Origin: Pseudomonadota bacterium
Lineage (GTDB): Bacteria; Pseudomonadota; Gammaproteobacteria; Burkholderiales; SG8-39
Direction: 5' to 3'
Length of the DNA: 64,000 bases
Assembly (NCBI GenBank): GCA_040752005.1
Contig: JBFMFX010000006.1
Location: forward strand, 10,539 to 74,538
Below, one piece after another: positions 18,820-31,426 of the stretch. Positions within the stretch are counted from its first letter, which is position 1. Every line of letters starts with the position of its first letter. Below the pieces are notes generated by a model that was not told the DNA's origin, made no database searches, and saw nothing but the letters and a program-made list of their open reading frames with translations. A program made the position numbers and the translations under genes.

Positions 18820-19242
18820 CTACTTTTTCCTCAGCCTGCGGATGGCGGCGAGCTGCGCGGCGAGCATCGCCAGCTCCCCTTCGACGGCGGCGATCTCCTG
18901 CTTGTCGCGCGCCTTGGCGCGCGCCTCCTCGGCGCGCTTCAACGCCTCGTTCGCCTTGGCTTCGTCGAGGTCATGGCCGCGGATCGCGGTGTCGGCGAGC
19001 ACGGTGATCAGCCGCGGCTGAACTTCCAGGATTCCCCCGGCGACGAAGATGAGCTGCTCTTCCCCCCCGCCGGGCGGGATGATCCGCACCGCGCCCGGCT
19101 TGATGCGCGTGATCAACGGCGTGTGGCGCGGGTAGATCCCCAGCTCGCCCACCTCGCCAGGCAGCACGACGAACTCCGCCTCGCCCGAGAAGATGGACTC
19201 CTCGGCGCTGACGACGTCAACGTGGATGGTGGGCGCGGCCAT
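18820..19242 (-). CDS. atpC: F1 ATP synthase epsilon subunit
   Basis: 140 aa, with position and sequence ([22 protein letters not shown]) typical of the family. Confidence 0.95.
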   Translation of the reverse strand: MAAPTIHVDVVSAEESIFSGEAEFVVLPGEVGELGIYPRHTPLITRIKPGAVRIIPPGGGEEQLIFVAGGILEVQPRLITVLADTAIRGHDLDEAKANEALKRAEEARAKARDKQEIAAVEGELAMLAAQLAAIRRLRKK

Positions 19243-19254
19243 GGGGACTCCGGC

Positions 19255-21559
<2,305 letters not shown>

Positions 21560-21560
<1 letters not shown>

Positions 21561-23107
21561 CAGTAGCTGCCGTTCTTCTTCCAGTCCTCGATCGCGGCGC
21601 GCAGCAGCTTCTCGTCCTCGGCCGAGAGGTCCTTGGTCTCCTCCATGCGCGCGACCAGCTCACCGTACTTGTCCTTCAGGTAGTCGCGCAGCGAGCGCTC
21701 GGCGGCGAGCGCCTTCTTGACGTCAATGTCGTCGAAATAGCCGTTGTTGACCGCGAACAGCGTGAGCGCCATCTCCCACACCGCGAGCGGGTGGTACTGC
21801 GGCTGCTTCATCAGCTCGGTCACCATGCGGCCGCGCTCGAGCTGCTTGCGCGTCGCCTCGTCCAGGTCGCTCGCGAACTGGGCGAACGCGGCGAGCTCGC
21901 GGTACTGCGCGAGCGCCAGCCGCACGCCGCCGCCGGTGTCGCGCCGTTTCATGATCTTGGTCTGCGCCGCGCCGCCGACGCGCGAAACCGAGATGCCGGC
22001 GTTGATCGCCGGCCGGATGCCGGCGTTGAACAGGTCGGTCTCGAGAAAGATCTGGCCGTCGGTGATCGAGATCACGTTGGTCGGCACGAACGCGGTCACG
22101 TCGCCGGCCTGCGTCTCGATGATCGGCAGCGCCGTGAGCGAGCCGGTCCTGCCCTTCACCGCGCCGCCGGTGAACTTCTCGACGTAGGCGGCGTTCACGC
22201 GCGCGGCGCGCTCGAGCAGCCGCGAGTGCAGGTAGAAGACGTCGCCCGGGTAGGCCTCGCGTCCCGGCGGCCGGCGCAGCAGCAGCGAGATCTGCCGGTA
22301 GGCCCACGCCTGCTTGGTGAGGTCGTCGTAGATGATGAGCGCGTCCATGCCGCGGTCGCGGAAGTACTCGCCCATGGTGCAGCCGGCGTAGGGCGCGATG
22401 TACTGCATCGCCGCCGACTCGGAGGCCGAGGCGGCGACGACGATGGTGTAGGCCATCGCGCCGTGCTCTTCGAGCTTGCGGACCACGCTCGCGATGGTCG
22501 AGGCCTTCTGGCCGATCGCGACATAGATGCAATAAAGGTCCTTGCCCTTCTGGTTGATGATCGTGTCCACCGCCACCGCCGTCTTCCCCGTCTGGCGGTC
22601 GCCGATGATGAGCTCGCGCTGGCCGCGCCCGATCGGCACCATCGCGTCAATGGCCTTCAGGCCGGTCTGCACCGGCTGCGAAACCGATTGGCGCGCGATC
22701 ACCCCGGGGGCGACCTTCTCGATCACGTCGGTGAGCTTGGCCTGAATCGGGCCCTTGCCGTCGATCGGCTGGCCGAGCGAATTGACCACCCGCCCGAGCA
22801 GCTCCGGTCCCACCGGCACCGACAGGATCTTGCCGGTGCACTTCACCGTATCGCCTTCGGTGATGTGCTCGTAGTCGCCGAGGACGACGGCGCCGACGGA
22901 GTCGCGCTCGAGGTTGAGCGCCAGCCCGAAGGTGTTCTTCGGAAACTCCAGCATCTCGCCCTGCATCACGTCGGACAGGCCGTGGATCCGGCAGATGCCG
23001 TCGGTCACCGACACCACTGTGCCCTGGGTGCGCATCTCGGCGCCGGCGTCCAGTTTCTGGATCCGGCTCTTGATCAGTTCCGAGATTTCGGAAGGGTTCA
23101 GTTGCAT
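21560..23107 (-). CDS. atpA: F1 ATP synthase alpha subunit
   Basis: 515 aa with Walker A GDRQTGKT. Typical alpha subunit. Confidence 0.95.
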
Positions 23108-23143
23108 GACTGCTCCTTGGATTGCCGGGCCGCGCGCGGGCGG

Positions 23144-23683
23144 CTAGCCGGTCTTCAATGCGGTCTCCAGCGCCGCAAGCTGCGCGCGCGCCGAGCCGTC
23201 TATCACCTTGTCGCCGAGCACGATGCGCACGCCGCCGATGAGGCTTCGGTCCAGGCGCACGCTCGCCTTCACCTTGCGCCCGGTCTTCTTTTCCAGGCGC
23301 GCCACCAGGTCGGCGAGCTGCGCCGGCTCCAGCTCGAAGGCGCTCTGGATCTCGGCCTCGACGACGCCCTCGCGCTCGTTGCGCAGCGCCTCGTACTGCG
23401 CGCGGATGTGCGGCAGCAGCTCCAGGCGGCCGTTTTCCGCGAGCACGCGCACGAAGTTCTCGGCCTCGCCCGACAGCCGCCCGGCGAGGATGCCGATCAC
23501 GAGTCCCGCCGCCTGCGCCGCCGACCGCCTGGGGTCGGCGATCGCCGCGCGCACGCGGGGATCGGCCACCACCGCGGCCATGTCGGCGAGCATCGCCGAC
23601 CACTCGGCGCGCCGGCTCGATTCGTCCGCGATCGCGAACGCCGCTTCGGCGTACGGCCGCGCGATGGTCGAGGGCTCGGCCAT
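23144..23683 (-). CDS. atpH: F1 ATP synthase delta subunit
   Basis: 179 aa. ARPYAEAAFAIA is an OSCP/delta-type N-terminus, and the operon position fits. Confidence 0.9.
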   Translation of the reverse strand: MAEPSTIARPYAEAAFAIADESSRRAEWSAMLADMAAVVADPRVRAAIADPRRSAAQAAGLVIGILAGRLSGEAENFVRVLAENGRLELLPHIRAQYEALRNEREGVVEAEIQSAFELEPAQLADLVARLEKKTGRKVKASVRLDRSLIGGVRIVLGDKVIDGSARAQLAALETALKTG

Positions 23684-24153
23684 TACAGCTGCTTCTTGAC
23701 CGCCTCGAGCAGGTCGGCGTGCGCGCGCGCATCGACCTCGCGGCGCAGGATCCGCTCGGCGCCGGCCACCACCAGCGCCGCCACCTGATCGCGCAGCTGT
23801 TCGCGCGCGCGCGCCACCTCCTGCGCAATGTCGGCCCTGGCGGCGGCACGCTCGCGCTCGCCCTCGGCGCGTGCGGCGGCCTTCGCTTCCTCGACGAGCT
23901 GCGCCGCGCGCCGCTCGGCCTGCGCCACGATCTCGGCGGCGCGGTCGCGCGCCTCGCGCAGCGCCTGCTCGGCCTGGCGGCTGGACAGCTCCAGCGACCG
24001 GCGCCCCTGTTCGGCGGCGGCAAGCCCGTCGGCGATGGTCTTCTGGCGCGTCTCGATCGCGCGCAACAGCGGCGGCCAGACGAAGCGCGCCGTGAACCAG
24101 ATGAACAGGCCGAAGGCGATCGCCTGCGCGATCAACGACAGATTGATGTTCAT
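23683..24153 (-). CDS. atpF: Fo ATP synthase subunit b
   Basis: 156 aa with an N-terminal TM helix followed by a long charged helix. Operon position fits. Confidence 0.9.
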   Translation of the reverse strand: MNINLSLIAQAIAFGLFIWFTARFVWPPLLRAIETRQKTIADGLAAAEQGRRSLELSSRQAEQALREARDRAAEIVAQAERRAAQLVEEAKAAARAEGERERAAARADIAQEVARAREQLRDQVAALVVAGAERILRREVDARAHADLLEAVKKQL

Positions 24154-24196
24154 GTCCGCCCCTGCACGGATTGGCTGGCCGCGGGCCCGCGCCCCG

Positions 24197-25370
<1,174 letters not shown>

Positions 25371-25757
25371 TCAGTTCCTGTCGCGCACGAAGAAAGCCAT
25401 CGAAAAAATCAACGCCGTGACCATAAACGACGCGAGAAACGCGATCACGACCACGTCGCGATAAAGCGCCAGCACCAGCCACAGCAGGATCGCGATCGCG
25501 CCGATCTTGACCCCTTCGGCCGCCAACGCCCCTGCCAGGATCCCCCCTGCGGTCGGTGCCCTGCGCATTTCCGCAACCCATGCGGAGAGCGCCCCGGCGC
25601 CCATGCTCACCGCGCCGCCGAGCGCCGCCGATGCCGCGCCGTGCCATCCGGACGCGAGCCAGGCGCCAAGCGCCAGCACTGCGGTCGCGGCAAACTGCCA
25701 GCGCAGCACGATGCGCACCGGCCTGCCGAGCGCGCGCGGTCTGTCGCCCGTGCTCAC
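25371..25757 (-). CDS. atpI: ATP synthase protein I
   Basis: 128-aa small membrane protein with a GTG start, the first gene of the atp operon. Its stop abuts the atpB start. Confidence 0.75.
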   Translation of the reverse strand: MSTGDRPRALGRPVRIVLRWQFAATAVLALGAWLASGWHGAASAALGGAVSMGAGALSAWVAEMRRAPTAGGILAGALAAEGVKIGAIAILLWLVLALYRDVVVIAFLASFMVTALIFSMAFFVRDRN

Positions 25758-25777
25758 CGCGTCCGCAAAGGATTGAA

Positions 25778-25807
25778 AGTATAACTTTCGCGCCCGGCGC
25801 AGGTCAA
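25778..25807 (-). promoter_or_regulatory. putative sigma70 promoter of the atp operon
   Basis: On the minus strand: TTGACC (25807-25802), an 18-nt spacer, then TATACT (25783-25778), about 20 nt upstream of the atpI GTG. This is the only AT-rich element in the 75-nt parB-atpI gap. Confidence 0.5.
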
Positions 25808-25832
25808 CGCATTGCGCTGCAACACCGCCGCC

Positions 25833-26705
25833 TCAGCGCAGCTTGCCGAGCAACTCGTCCAGGTGCTCGAGGCTCGAATAGTGAAGGACGATCCGGCCCT
25901 TGCCTTTTCGCCCGGGGCGGATTTCGACGGTGGTGCCGATGCGCTCGGACACTTCCTCCTCGAGGCGCCGCAGATCCCGGTCGGCCCGCGCCGGCCGCGG
26001 CCGCGCGGCGCCGCGCGCTCGCCGCGCGACGAGCGCCTCGGCCTCGCGCACCGACAGGCCGCGCGCGGCGATGCGATTCGCCGCCTCGATCTGCTGCGCC
26101 GGCTCGAGGGCAAGCAGCGCGCGCGCATGGCCCATCTGCAGCACGCCCTCGGCCAGCATCTGCTGCACCGGCTTCGCGAGCCTGAGCAGGCGCAGCAGGT
26201 TCGTGACCGCGCTCCTTGAGCGCCCCACGGCTTCGGCGACGCGCTCGTGCGTCAGTTCGAATTCGTCCAGCAAGCGCTGCAATCCCGCCGCCTGTTCGAT
26301 GGGATTGAGATCCTCGCGCTGGATGTTCTCGATCAGCGACATCGCGAGCGCGGCCTCGTCGGGAACCTCGCGCACCAGCACCGGGACCTCGGCGAGGCCG
26401 GCGAGCTGCGCCGCTCGCCAGCGGCGCTCGCCGGCGATGATCTCGTAGCGGCGCTCGCCTGCCGCGCCGTCCAACGGGCGAACGAGCAGCGGCTGGATGA
26501 GACCCTGCGCGCGGATCGAGGCGGCGAGCTCGGCGAGCGAGCCCTCGTCCATGCGCGTGCGCGGCTGGTAGCGCCCCGGTTGGATCGCAGCAACCGGCAG
26601 CGTCGTGACCGCGTCGGCCCGCGGCGCCGTCTCGCCGCCGAGCAGCGCTTCCAGCCCGCGCCCGAGTCCCCTGTGCTTCACGGCGGCGCGCTCACGCGGC
26701 GGCAC
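25833..26705 (-). CDS. parB: chromosome partitioning protein ParB
   Basis: 290 aa with GLGRGLEALLG, the ParB-box region GERRWRAAQLAG and an HTH. The listed start overlaps parA by 14 nt. An alternative GTG at 26681 is possible. Confidence 0.95.
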   Translation of the reverse strand: MPPRERAAVKHRGLGRGLEALLGGETAPRADAVTTLPVAAIQPGRYQPRTRMDEGSLAELAASIRAQGLIQPLLVRPLDGAAGERRYEIIAGERRWRAAQLAGLAEVPVLVREVPDEAALAMSLIENIQREDLNPIEQAAGLQRLLDEFELTHERVAEAVGRSRSAVTNLLRLLRLAKPVQQMLAEGVLQMGHARALLALEPAQQIEAANRIAARGLSVREAEALVARRARGAARPRPARADRDLRRLEEEVSERIGTTVEIRPGRKGKGRIVLHYSSLEHLDELLGKLR

Positions 26706-27477
26706 GGCTTGCGCCCGCGCCGCGCTCCAGAATCTCCCGCGCGAGCGCGAGATAGGCCTGCGCTCCCTTTGAGCCCGGGTCCCACACTACCGCCGGCGCG
26801 CCGTAGCTCGGCGCCTCGGCAAGACGCACGTTGCGCGGCACCAGCGTGCGGTACACCTTGTCGCCGAAGTGCCGCTCCAGTTGCTGTGACACCTGGTGCG
26901 CCAGCGTGTTGCGCGGATCGAACATGGTGCGCAGCAACCCCGCGATCTCCAGCCGCGGGTTGAGATTGGCACGCACGCGCCGCATGGTGGCGACGAGATC
27001 GGACAGACCCTCCAGCGCGTAATACTCGCACTGCATCGGAATCAGCACTTCCTCGGCGGCGACGAACGCATTCACCGTGAGCAGGCTGAGCGAGGGCGGG
27101 CAGTCGATCAGCACGAGCTCGTACTGCGCGAGCACCGGCGCAAGCGCGGCGCGCAGGCGCCCTTCGCGCTCCGGCAGCTCGACCAGCTCCACCTCCGCGC
27201 CCGCCAGTTCCCGGTTGGCGGGCGCAAGATCGTAGCCGCCCTTGTCCGAGCGTACCCGGATGGTGGCGATGTCCGCGAGCCCGAGCAGCGCGTGATACAC
27301 CGTGCGCGTGAGGGCGCGCTTGTCCACACCGCTACCGGTGGTGGCATTGCCCTGCGGATCCATGTCCACGAGCAGCACGCGGCGACCCGCGGCGGCAAGT
27401 CCCGCGGCGAGATTGACGCTCGTCGTCGTCTTGCCGACGCCGCCCTTCTGGTTGGCGACCGCCATCACGCGCGCCAT
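26692..27477 (-). CDS. parA: chromosome partitioning ATPase ParA (Soj)
   Basis: 261 aa with the deviant Walker A NQKGGVGKTTT. Confidence 0.95.
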   Translation of the reverse strand: MARVMAVANQKGGVGKTTTSVNLAAGLAAAGRRVLLVDMDPQGNATTGSGVDKRALTRTVYHALLGLADIATIRVRSDKGGYDLAPANRELAGAEVELVELPEREGRLRAALAPVLAQYELVLIDCPPSLSLLTVNAFVAAEEVLIPMQCEYYALEGLSDLVATMRRVRANLNPRLEIAGLLRTMFDPRNTLAHQVSQQLERHFGDKVYRTLVPRNVRLAEAPSYGAPAVVWDPGSKGAQAYLALAREILERGAGASRAAA

Positions 27478-27478
27478 G

Positions 27479-28105
27479 TCAGCGCCGCACCCGGCAAAGC
27501 ACGAGATGGCGCTCCCCGTCGAGCAACGGCACCCGCAGCCTGCGCACGTCGCCGCAGTCGCAGTCCGGGCCCACGGCGGCCAGTTCCGCGGTGGGATACG
27601 CCCCCTTCATCGCGGCGAGCACACCGCTTTCGGCCACAAGGTGCCGGCAGCGGGCGATGAAGGTGGCGAGGCTGGCAAAGCCGCGCGAGATGACCACGGC
27701 GAAGCGCTCCAGCGGCCGCCAATGCTCGGCACGTTCTATGTGCACCCGCGCATTGGAGAGCTTCAGCTCGATCACCGCCTGGCGCAGAAAAGCGCCCTTC
27801 TTGCGGCTGGCGTCATTCAGCGTCACGCTGCGCGCCGGCTGGGCGATGGCGATCGGAATGCCGGGCAGCCCGCCACCGGAGCCGACGTCGGCGAGCGCTC
27901 CGCCCGGCAGTTCGGGCAACACTGCGAGCGAATCGAGCAGGTGGTGGCTCACGGCCTGCACCGGGTCGCGGATGGCCGTGAGGTTGTGCGTCCTGTTCCA
28001 CTTGGCGAGGAGTTCGAGGTAGGCGAGCAACTTCGCGGTCGCTTCGGCCGGAAGCGGTAGCTCGAGCTCCGCAAGACCGCGGTCGAGCGCGGCCTGTGGG
28101 GTCAT
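27479..28105 (-). CDS. rsmG: 16S rRNA (guanine527-N7)-methyltransferase
   Basis: 208 aa with [17 protein letters not shown] and [15 protein letters not shown]. It overlaps the mnmG stop by 4 nt. Confidence 0.95.
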   Translation of the reverse strand: MTPQAALDRGLAELELPLPAEATAKLLAYLELLAKWNRTHNLTAIRDPVQAVSHHLLDSLAVLPELPGGALADVGSGGGLPGIPIAIAQPARSVTLNDASRKKGAFLRQAVIELKLSNARVHIERAEHWRPLERFAVVISRGFASLATFIARCRHLVAESGVLAAMKGAYPTAELAAVGPDCDCGDVRRLRVPLLDGERHLVLCRVRR

Positions 28106-30021
28106 GCGTGCTTTTGTCGCGCGCGGTCTGGGCGCGCCTGCGCCGCGGCGCCGACATGGCGCCGAAGATGGACGAGCAGCAGAGAGATTGCGGCTGGGGT
28201 CACGCCAGAGATGCGCGCGGCCTGGCCGATCGTTTCCGGCCGGTATGCGGTGAGCTTCTGCCGCACTTCCACCGAAAGGCCGCGCACCTGCGAGTAATCG
28301 AGATCCGGAGGGATGCGGAGCGATTCCTGTGCGGCGCGGCGTGCGACCTCCGCCTTCTGGCGCGCGACGTAGCCTTCGTACTTGACCTGCACTTCTACCT
28401 GCTCAGCCACGTCTCTCTCAGCAGGTTCCTTGCCATCACTGAAGTATTCCGAAAGTGAGCTATAACTCACACCAGGCCTACGCAGAATTTCCTCCAGCGT
28501 GTGCTCTCGCTCGATTGGCTGGCCGAGCAGCTTTCGTGCGGTCTCTGGCGGCAGCAGCTTCGGGTTGACCCACTGGCTGCGCAGCCGCTCGCGCTCGCGC
28601 TCGATCGCGTCGCGCCGGCGGCAGAATGCCTCCCAGCGCTCGTCGTCCACGATCCCGAGCCGCCGCCCGGTTTCGGTGAGGCGAAGATCGGCGTTGTCCT
28701 CCCGGAGCATGAGCCGGTACTCGGCCCTGCTCGTGAACATCCGATATGGCTCAGAGACACCGCGCGTGACCAGGTCGCTTACGAGAACGCCGATGTACGC
28801 TTCGTCTCGCCCCGGGCACCAGGGCTCTCGCCCCTGGACTTGAAGCGCAGCGTTCAGGCCCGCTAGCAGGCCTTGGGCGGCCGCCTCCTCATACCCGGTC
28901 GTGCCGTTGATCTGGCCTGCGAAGAATAGTCCGGCGATGGATTTCGTCTCCAGCGAAGACTTCAGGTTGCGCGGATCGAAGTAGTCGTACTCGATCGCGT
29001 ATCCGGGCCGCACAATGTGCGCCCGCTCCAGCCCCTTGATCGAGCGTACCAGCGCCAGTTGAACGTCGAAGGGCAGGCTGGTCGAGATTCCGTTCGGATA
29101 GATCTCGGTGGTTTCCAACCCTTCGGGTTCCAGAAAGATCTGGTGGCTTTCCTTGCCTGCGAAGCGATGGATCTTGTCCTCGATCGAGGGGCAGTAGCGC
29201 GGCCCGACGCCCTTGATCACGCCGGTAAACATCGGAGAGCGGTCCAGCGCCGCGCGGATGATTTCGTGCGTACGTGGATTGGTGTGCGTGATCCAGCACG
29301 GCCGTTGCGCAGGGTGCATCTCGCGCCTTCCGAGGAACGAGAACACCGGCTCCGGATCGTCGCCCGGCTGCACCTCGAGAGCCGAAAAATCGATCGTGCG
29401 CCCGTCCAGGCGCGGCGGGGTGCCGGTCTTCAGGCGCCCCACCGGCAGGTTCAGCTCTCTCAGGCGAGCCGCAAGGCTCACGGATGAGGGATCCCCGGCG
29501 CGCCCTGCCTCATAGCTTTGCAGACCGACGTGAATCCGGCCAGCAAGAAAGGTCCCGGCGGTCAGTACCACCGCTCTGGCGCGAAACCGAATGCCGAGCT
29601 GAGTGACCACTCCAGCCGCTCTTTCGCCCTCGACCAGAATGTCGTCCACTGCCTGCTGGAAGAGACTCAGGTTCGGCTGACTCTCCAGCCTGCGCCGGAT
29701 CGCCCGTCTGTAAAGAACGCGATCGGCCTGCGCGCGAGTCGCCCGGACCGCATGCCCTTTAGAAGAGTTCAGCGTGCGGAACTGGATTCCCGCCTCGTCG
29801 GCGGCGATCGCCATCGCGCCGCCGAGCGCGTCTATCTCCTTGACCAGATGGCCCTTGCCGATTCCGCCAATCGAGGGATTGCAAGACATCTGCCCCAGCG
29901 TCTCTATGCTGTGCGTCAGGAGCAGCGTGCGGCATCCCGCCCGTGCGGAGGCGAGGGCTGCCTCCGTTCCGGCGTGGCCTCCGCCGACCACAATGACGTC
30001 GAAAGTGTCTGGAAACAGCAC
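28102..30021 (-). CDS. mnmG: tRNA uridine 5-carboxymethylaminomethyl modification enzyme MnmG (GidA)
   Basis: The canonical N-terminus (M)[21 protein letters not shown] begins at GTG 30021, with GAGG 7 nt upstream. The ORF-track ATG at 30072 adds 17 non-conserved residues and would run across a parS site. Confidence 0.9.
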   Translation of the reverse strand: MLFPDTFDVIVVGGGHAGTEAALASARAGCRTLLLTHSIETLGQMSCNPSIGGIGKGHLVKEIDALGGAMAIAADEAGIQFRTLNSSKGHAVRATRAQADRVLYRRAIRRRLESQPNLSLFQQAVDDILVEGERAAGVVTQLGIRFRARAVVLTAGTFLAGRIHVGLQSYEAGRAGDPSSVSLAARLRELNLPVGRLKTGTPPRLDGRTIDFSALEVQPGDDPEPVFSFLGRREMHPAQRPCWITHTNPRTHEIIRAALDRSPMFTGVIKGVGPRYCPSIEDKIHRFAGKESHQIFLEPEGLETTEIYPNGISTSLPFDVQLALVRSIKGLERAHIVRPGYAIEYDYFDPRNLKSSLETKSIAGLFFAGQINGTTGYEEAAAQGLLAGLNAALQVQGREPWCPGRDEAYIGVLVSDLVTRGVSEPYRMFTSRAEYRLMLREDNADLRLTETGRRLGIVDDERWEAFCRRRDAIERERERLRSQWVNPKLLPPETARKLLGQPIEREHTLEEILRRPGVSYSSLSEYFSDGKEPAERDVAEQVEVQVKYEGYVARQKAEVARRAAQESLRIPPDLDYSQVRGLSVEVRQKLTAYRPETIGQAARISGVTPAAISLLLVHLRRHVGAAAQARPDRARQKHA

Positions 30022-30054
30022 GGAAAGACCTCGAAAGGCGCCATCATACGTGAG

Positions 30055-30070
30055 CGTTCCACGTGAAACC
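30055..30070. promoter_or_regulatory. parS centromere-like site (14/16 match)
   Basis: CGTTCCACGTGAAACC compared with the canonical parS tGTTNCACGTGAAACa. It differs only at the two outermost positions. Confidence 0.75.
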
Positions 30071-30092
30071 ATATCCCCGGAGCTCGGCCGCT

Positions 30093-30108
30093 TGTTCCAC
30101 GTGAAACA
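30093..30108. promoter_or_regulatory. parS centromere-like site (16/16 match)
   Basis: TGTTCCACGTGAAACA is identical to the canonical 16-bp ParB/Spo0J binding site. It lies 38 bp from the first copy, upstream of mnmG-rsmG-parA-parB. Confidence 0.9.
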
Positions 30109-30143
30109 TCAGGAGCAACACGGGGAAGAATGCTTCAGCTCTG

Positions 30144-30164
30144 TTATGTTGCGATGCAACATAA
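30144..30164. promoter_or_regulatory. 21-bp operator-like palindrome of unknown binder
   Basis: TTATGTTGC-GAT-GCAACATAA has perfect 9-bp arms. It lies 73 nt upstream of the MFS ATG in a locally AT-richer intergenic region. Confidence 0.35.
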
Positions 30165-30236
30165 AGGATGCTCAAAGGCTCGTGAGAAAATTCTCGGCCA
30201 TTTTTGCGCCGCAGCAACACGAGGCGATCAAACCCG

Positions 30237-31421
30237 ATGCTTTCGCTGGCGCCGTATGCACAGCTCCTGCAGCACCCCTCGGTACGCGAGCTGTTTCTCG
30301 CCTCTGCTCTGGGAAGGCTCCCGATCGGCATCGCCGGGCTGGCGATCCTGCTGCTCGCGCAGCAGTCGAGCAGCTCCTATGCGCTCGGCGGTTTGGCGAG
30401 CGGCTGCTATGTCGCCGGGCTCGCCGCCGTCGCGCCGCTCCTCGGCCGCTCCATAGATCGCTTCGGCCCGCGCCCGACGCTGCTCGCTTGCGCGTTCGCG
30501 TATCCCGCGGTGCTCGGCGCCCTTGCGGCGGCGTTCACCTCGCGGGCTCCGGCATGGATCGCGCTCGCACTCGCGGTTGCCGCCGGCGCAAGCTTTCCGC
30601 CGATCACCGCCTGCATGCGCTCCCTCTTCAAGCAGCGATTCGCGGAAGATGCGCGGCTCGCGGCAGCGTACTCGCTCGAATCGGTGCTGATCGAGATTCT
30701 GTTCATCGCCGGCCCGATGCTGGTCGCGCTGGTCGTCGGGTTCGCCTCGCCTGCGGCGGCGGTGCTCCTTGCCGCCGCCTGTGGCTTCTCGGGCACGCTG
30801 CTATTCGTGCGTAGCCGGGGGCTCGCCGAATGGCGCCTCGCGCGGCGCCACAGCGCGAGCCTGTTCGGTCCGCTCGGCGATCCGGCGTTCGTGCGCCTGA
30901 TCGCCGTCGTGCTCCTGTACGCGAGCGCTTTCGGTCTCGTCGAGATCGGCGTCACCGCTTACGCGATCGAGCGCGGTGCGCCAGCGCTTGCCGGCGTGCT
31001 GCTTGCAGCCATGAGCATCGGCAGTGCCGCCGGAGGGCTGGTGTATGGCGCGCGCACCTGGGGACTGCCACTTGCGCGCCAGTTCCCGATCACGCTCGCG
31101 CTGATGGGGCTTGGCATCGCGCCGCTTGCTCTCGCACTACCCGCCTGGCTCTGGGCGCTGTGGTGCGTGCTTGCCGGCATCGTCATGGCGCCGGCGTTGA
31201 TCATGCAGTCCATGCTGGTGGCGAGGGCTTCGCGCCCGGAGCATTCGACCGAAGCCTTCACCTGGTCGGCGACCGGTCTGCTTGCCGGAGTGGGCTTCGG
31301 CCTCGCGCTCGGCGGGCAGCTCCTGGAGTCGGCGCGCCCGCCGGCCGTCTTCGGCGCCGCGGCCGCAGCTTCGCTACTTGCGGCGGCGCTCGCGCTGCGC
31401 CTCGTGCGCCGCCCGCGCTGA
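30237..31421 (+). CDS. MFS transporter
   Basis: 394 aa from ATG 30237 (the ORF track uses a TTG at 30204). It has about 12 hydrophobic segments and an MFS-like loop motif GRSIDRFGPRP. Confidence 0.85.
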   Translation: MLSLAPYAQLLQHPSVRELFLASALGRLPIGIAGLAILLLAQQSSSSYALGGLASGCYVAGLAAVAPLLGRSIDRFGPRPTLLACAFAYPAVLGALAAAFTSRAPAWIALALAVAAGASFPPITACMRSLFKQRFAEDARLAAAYSLESVLIEILFIAGPMLVALVVGFASPAAAVLLAAACGFSGTLLFVRSRGLAEWRLARRHSASLFGPLGDPAFVRLIAVVLLYASAFGLVEIGVTAYAIERGAPALAGVLLAAMSIGSAAGGLVYGARTWGLPLARQFPITLALMGLGIAPLALALPAWLWALWCVLAGIVMAPALIMQSMLVARASRPEHSTEAFTWSATGLLAGVGFGLALGGQLLESARPPAVFGAAAAASLLAAALALRLVRRPR

Positions 31422-31426
31422 GCGAC

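Noticed and set aside
30022-30236. mnmG (gidA) upstream spacer as an E. coli-style oriC
   Set aside because: The repeated 14-mer is parS, not a DnaA box. I found no TTATCCACA-like 9-mer better than 6/9, and no AT-rich 13-mer-type unwinding element.
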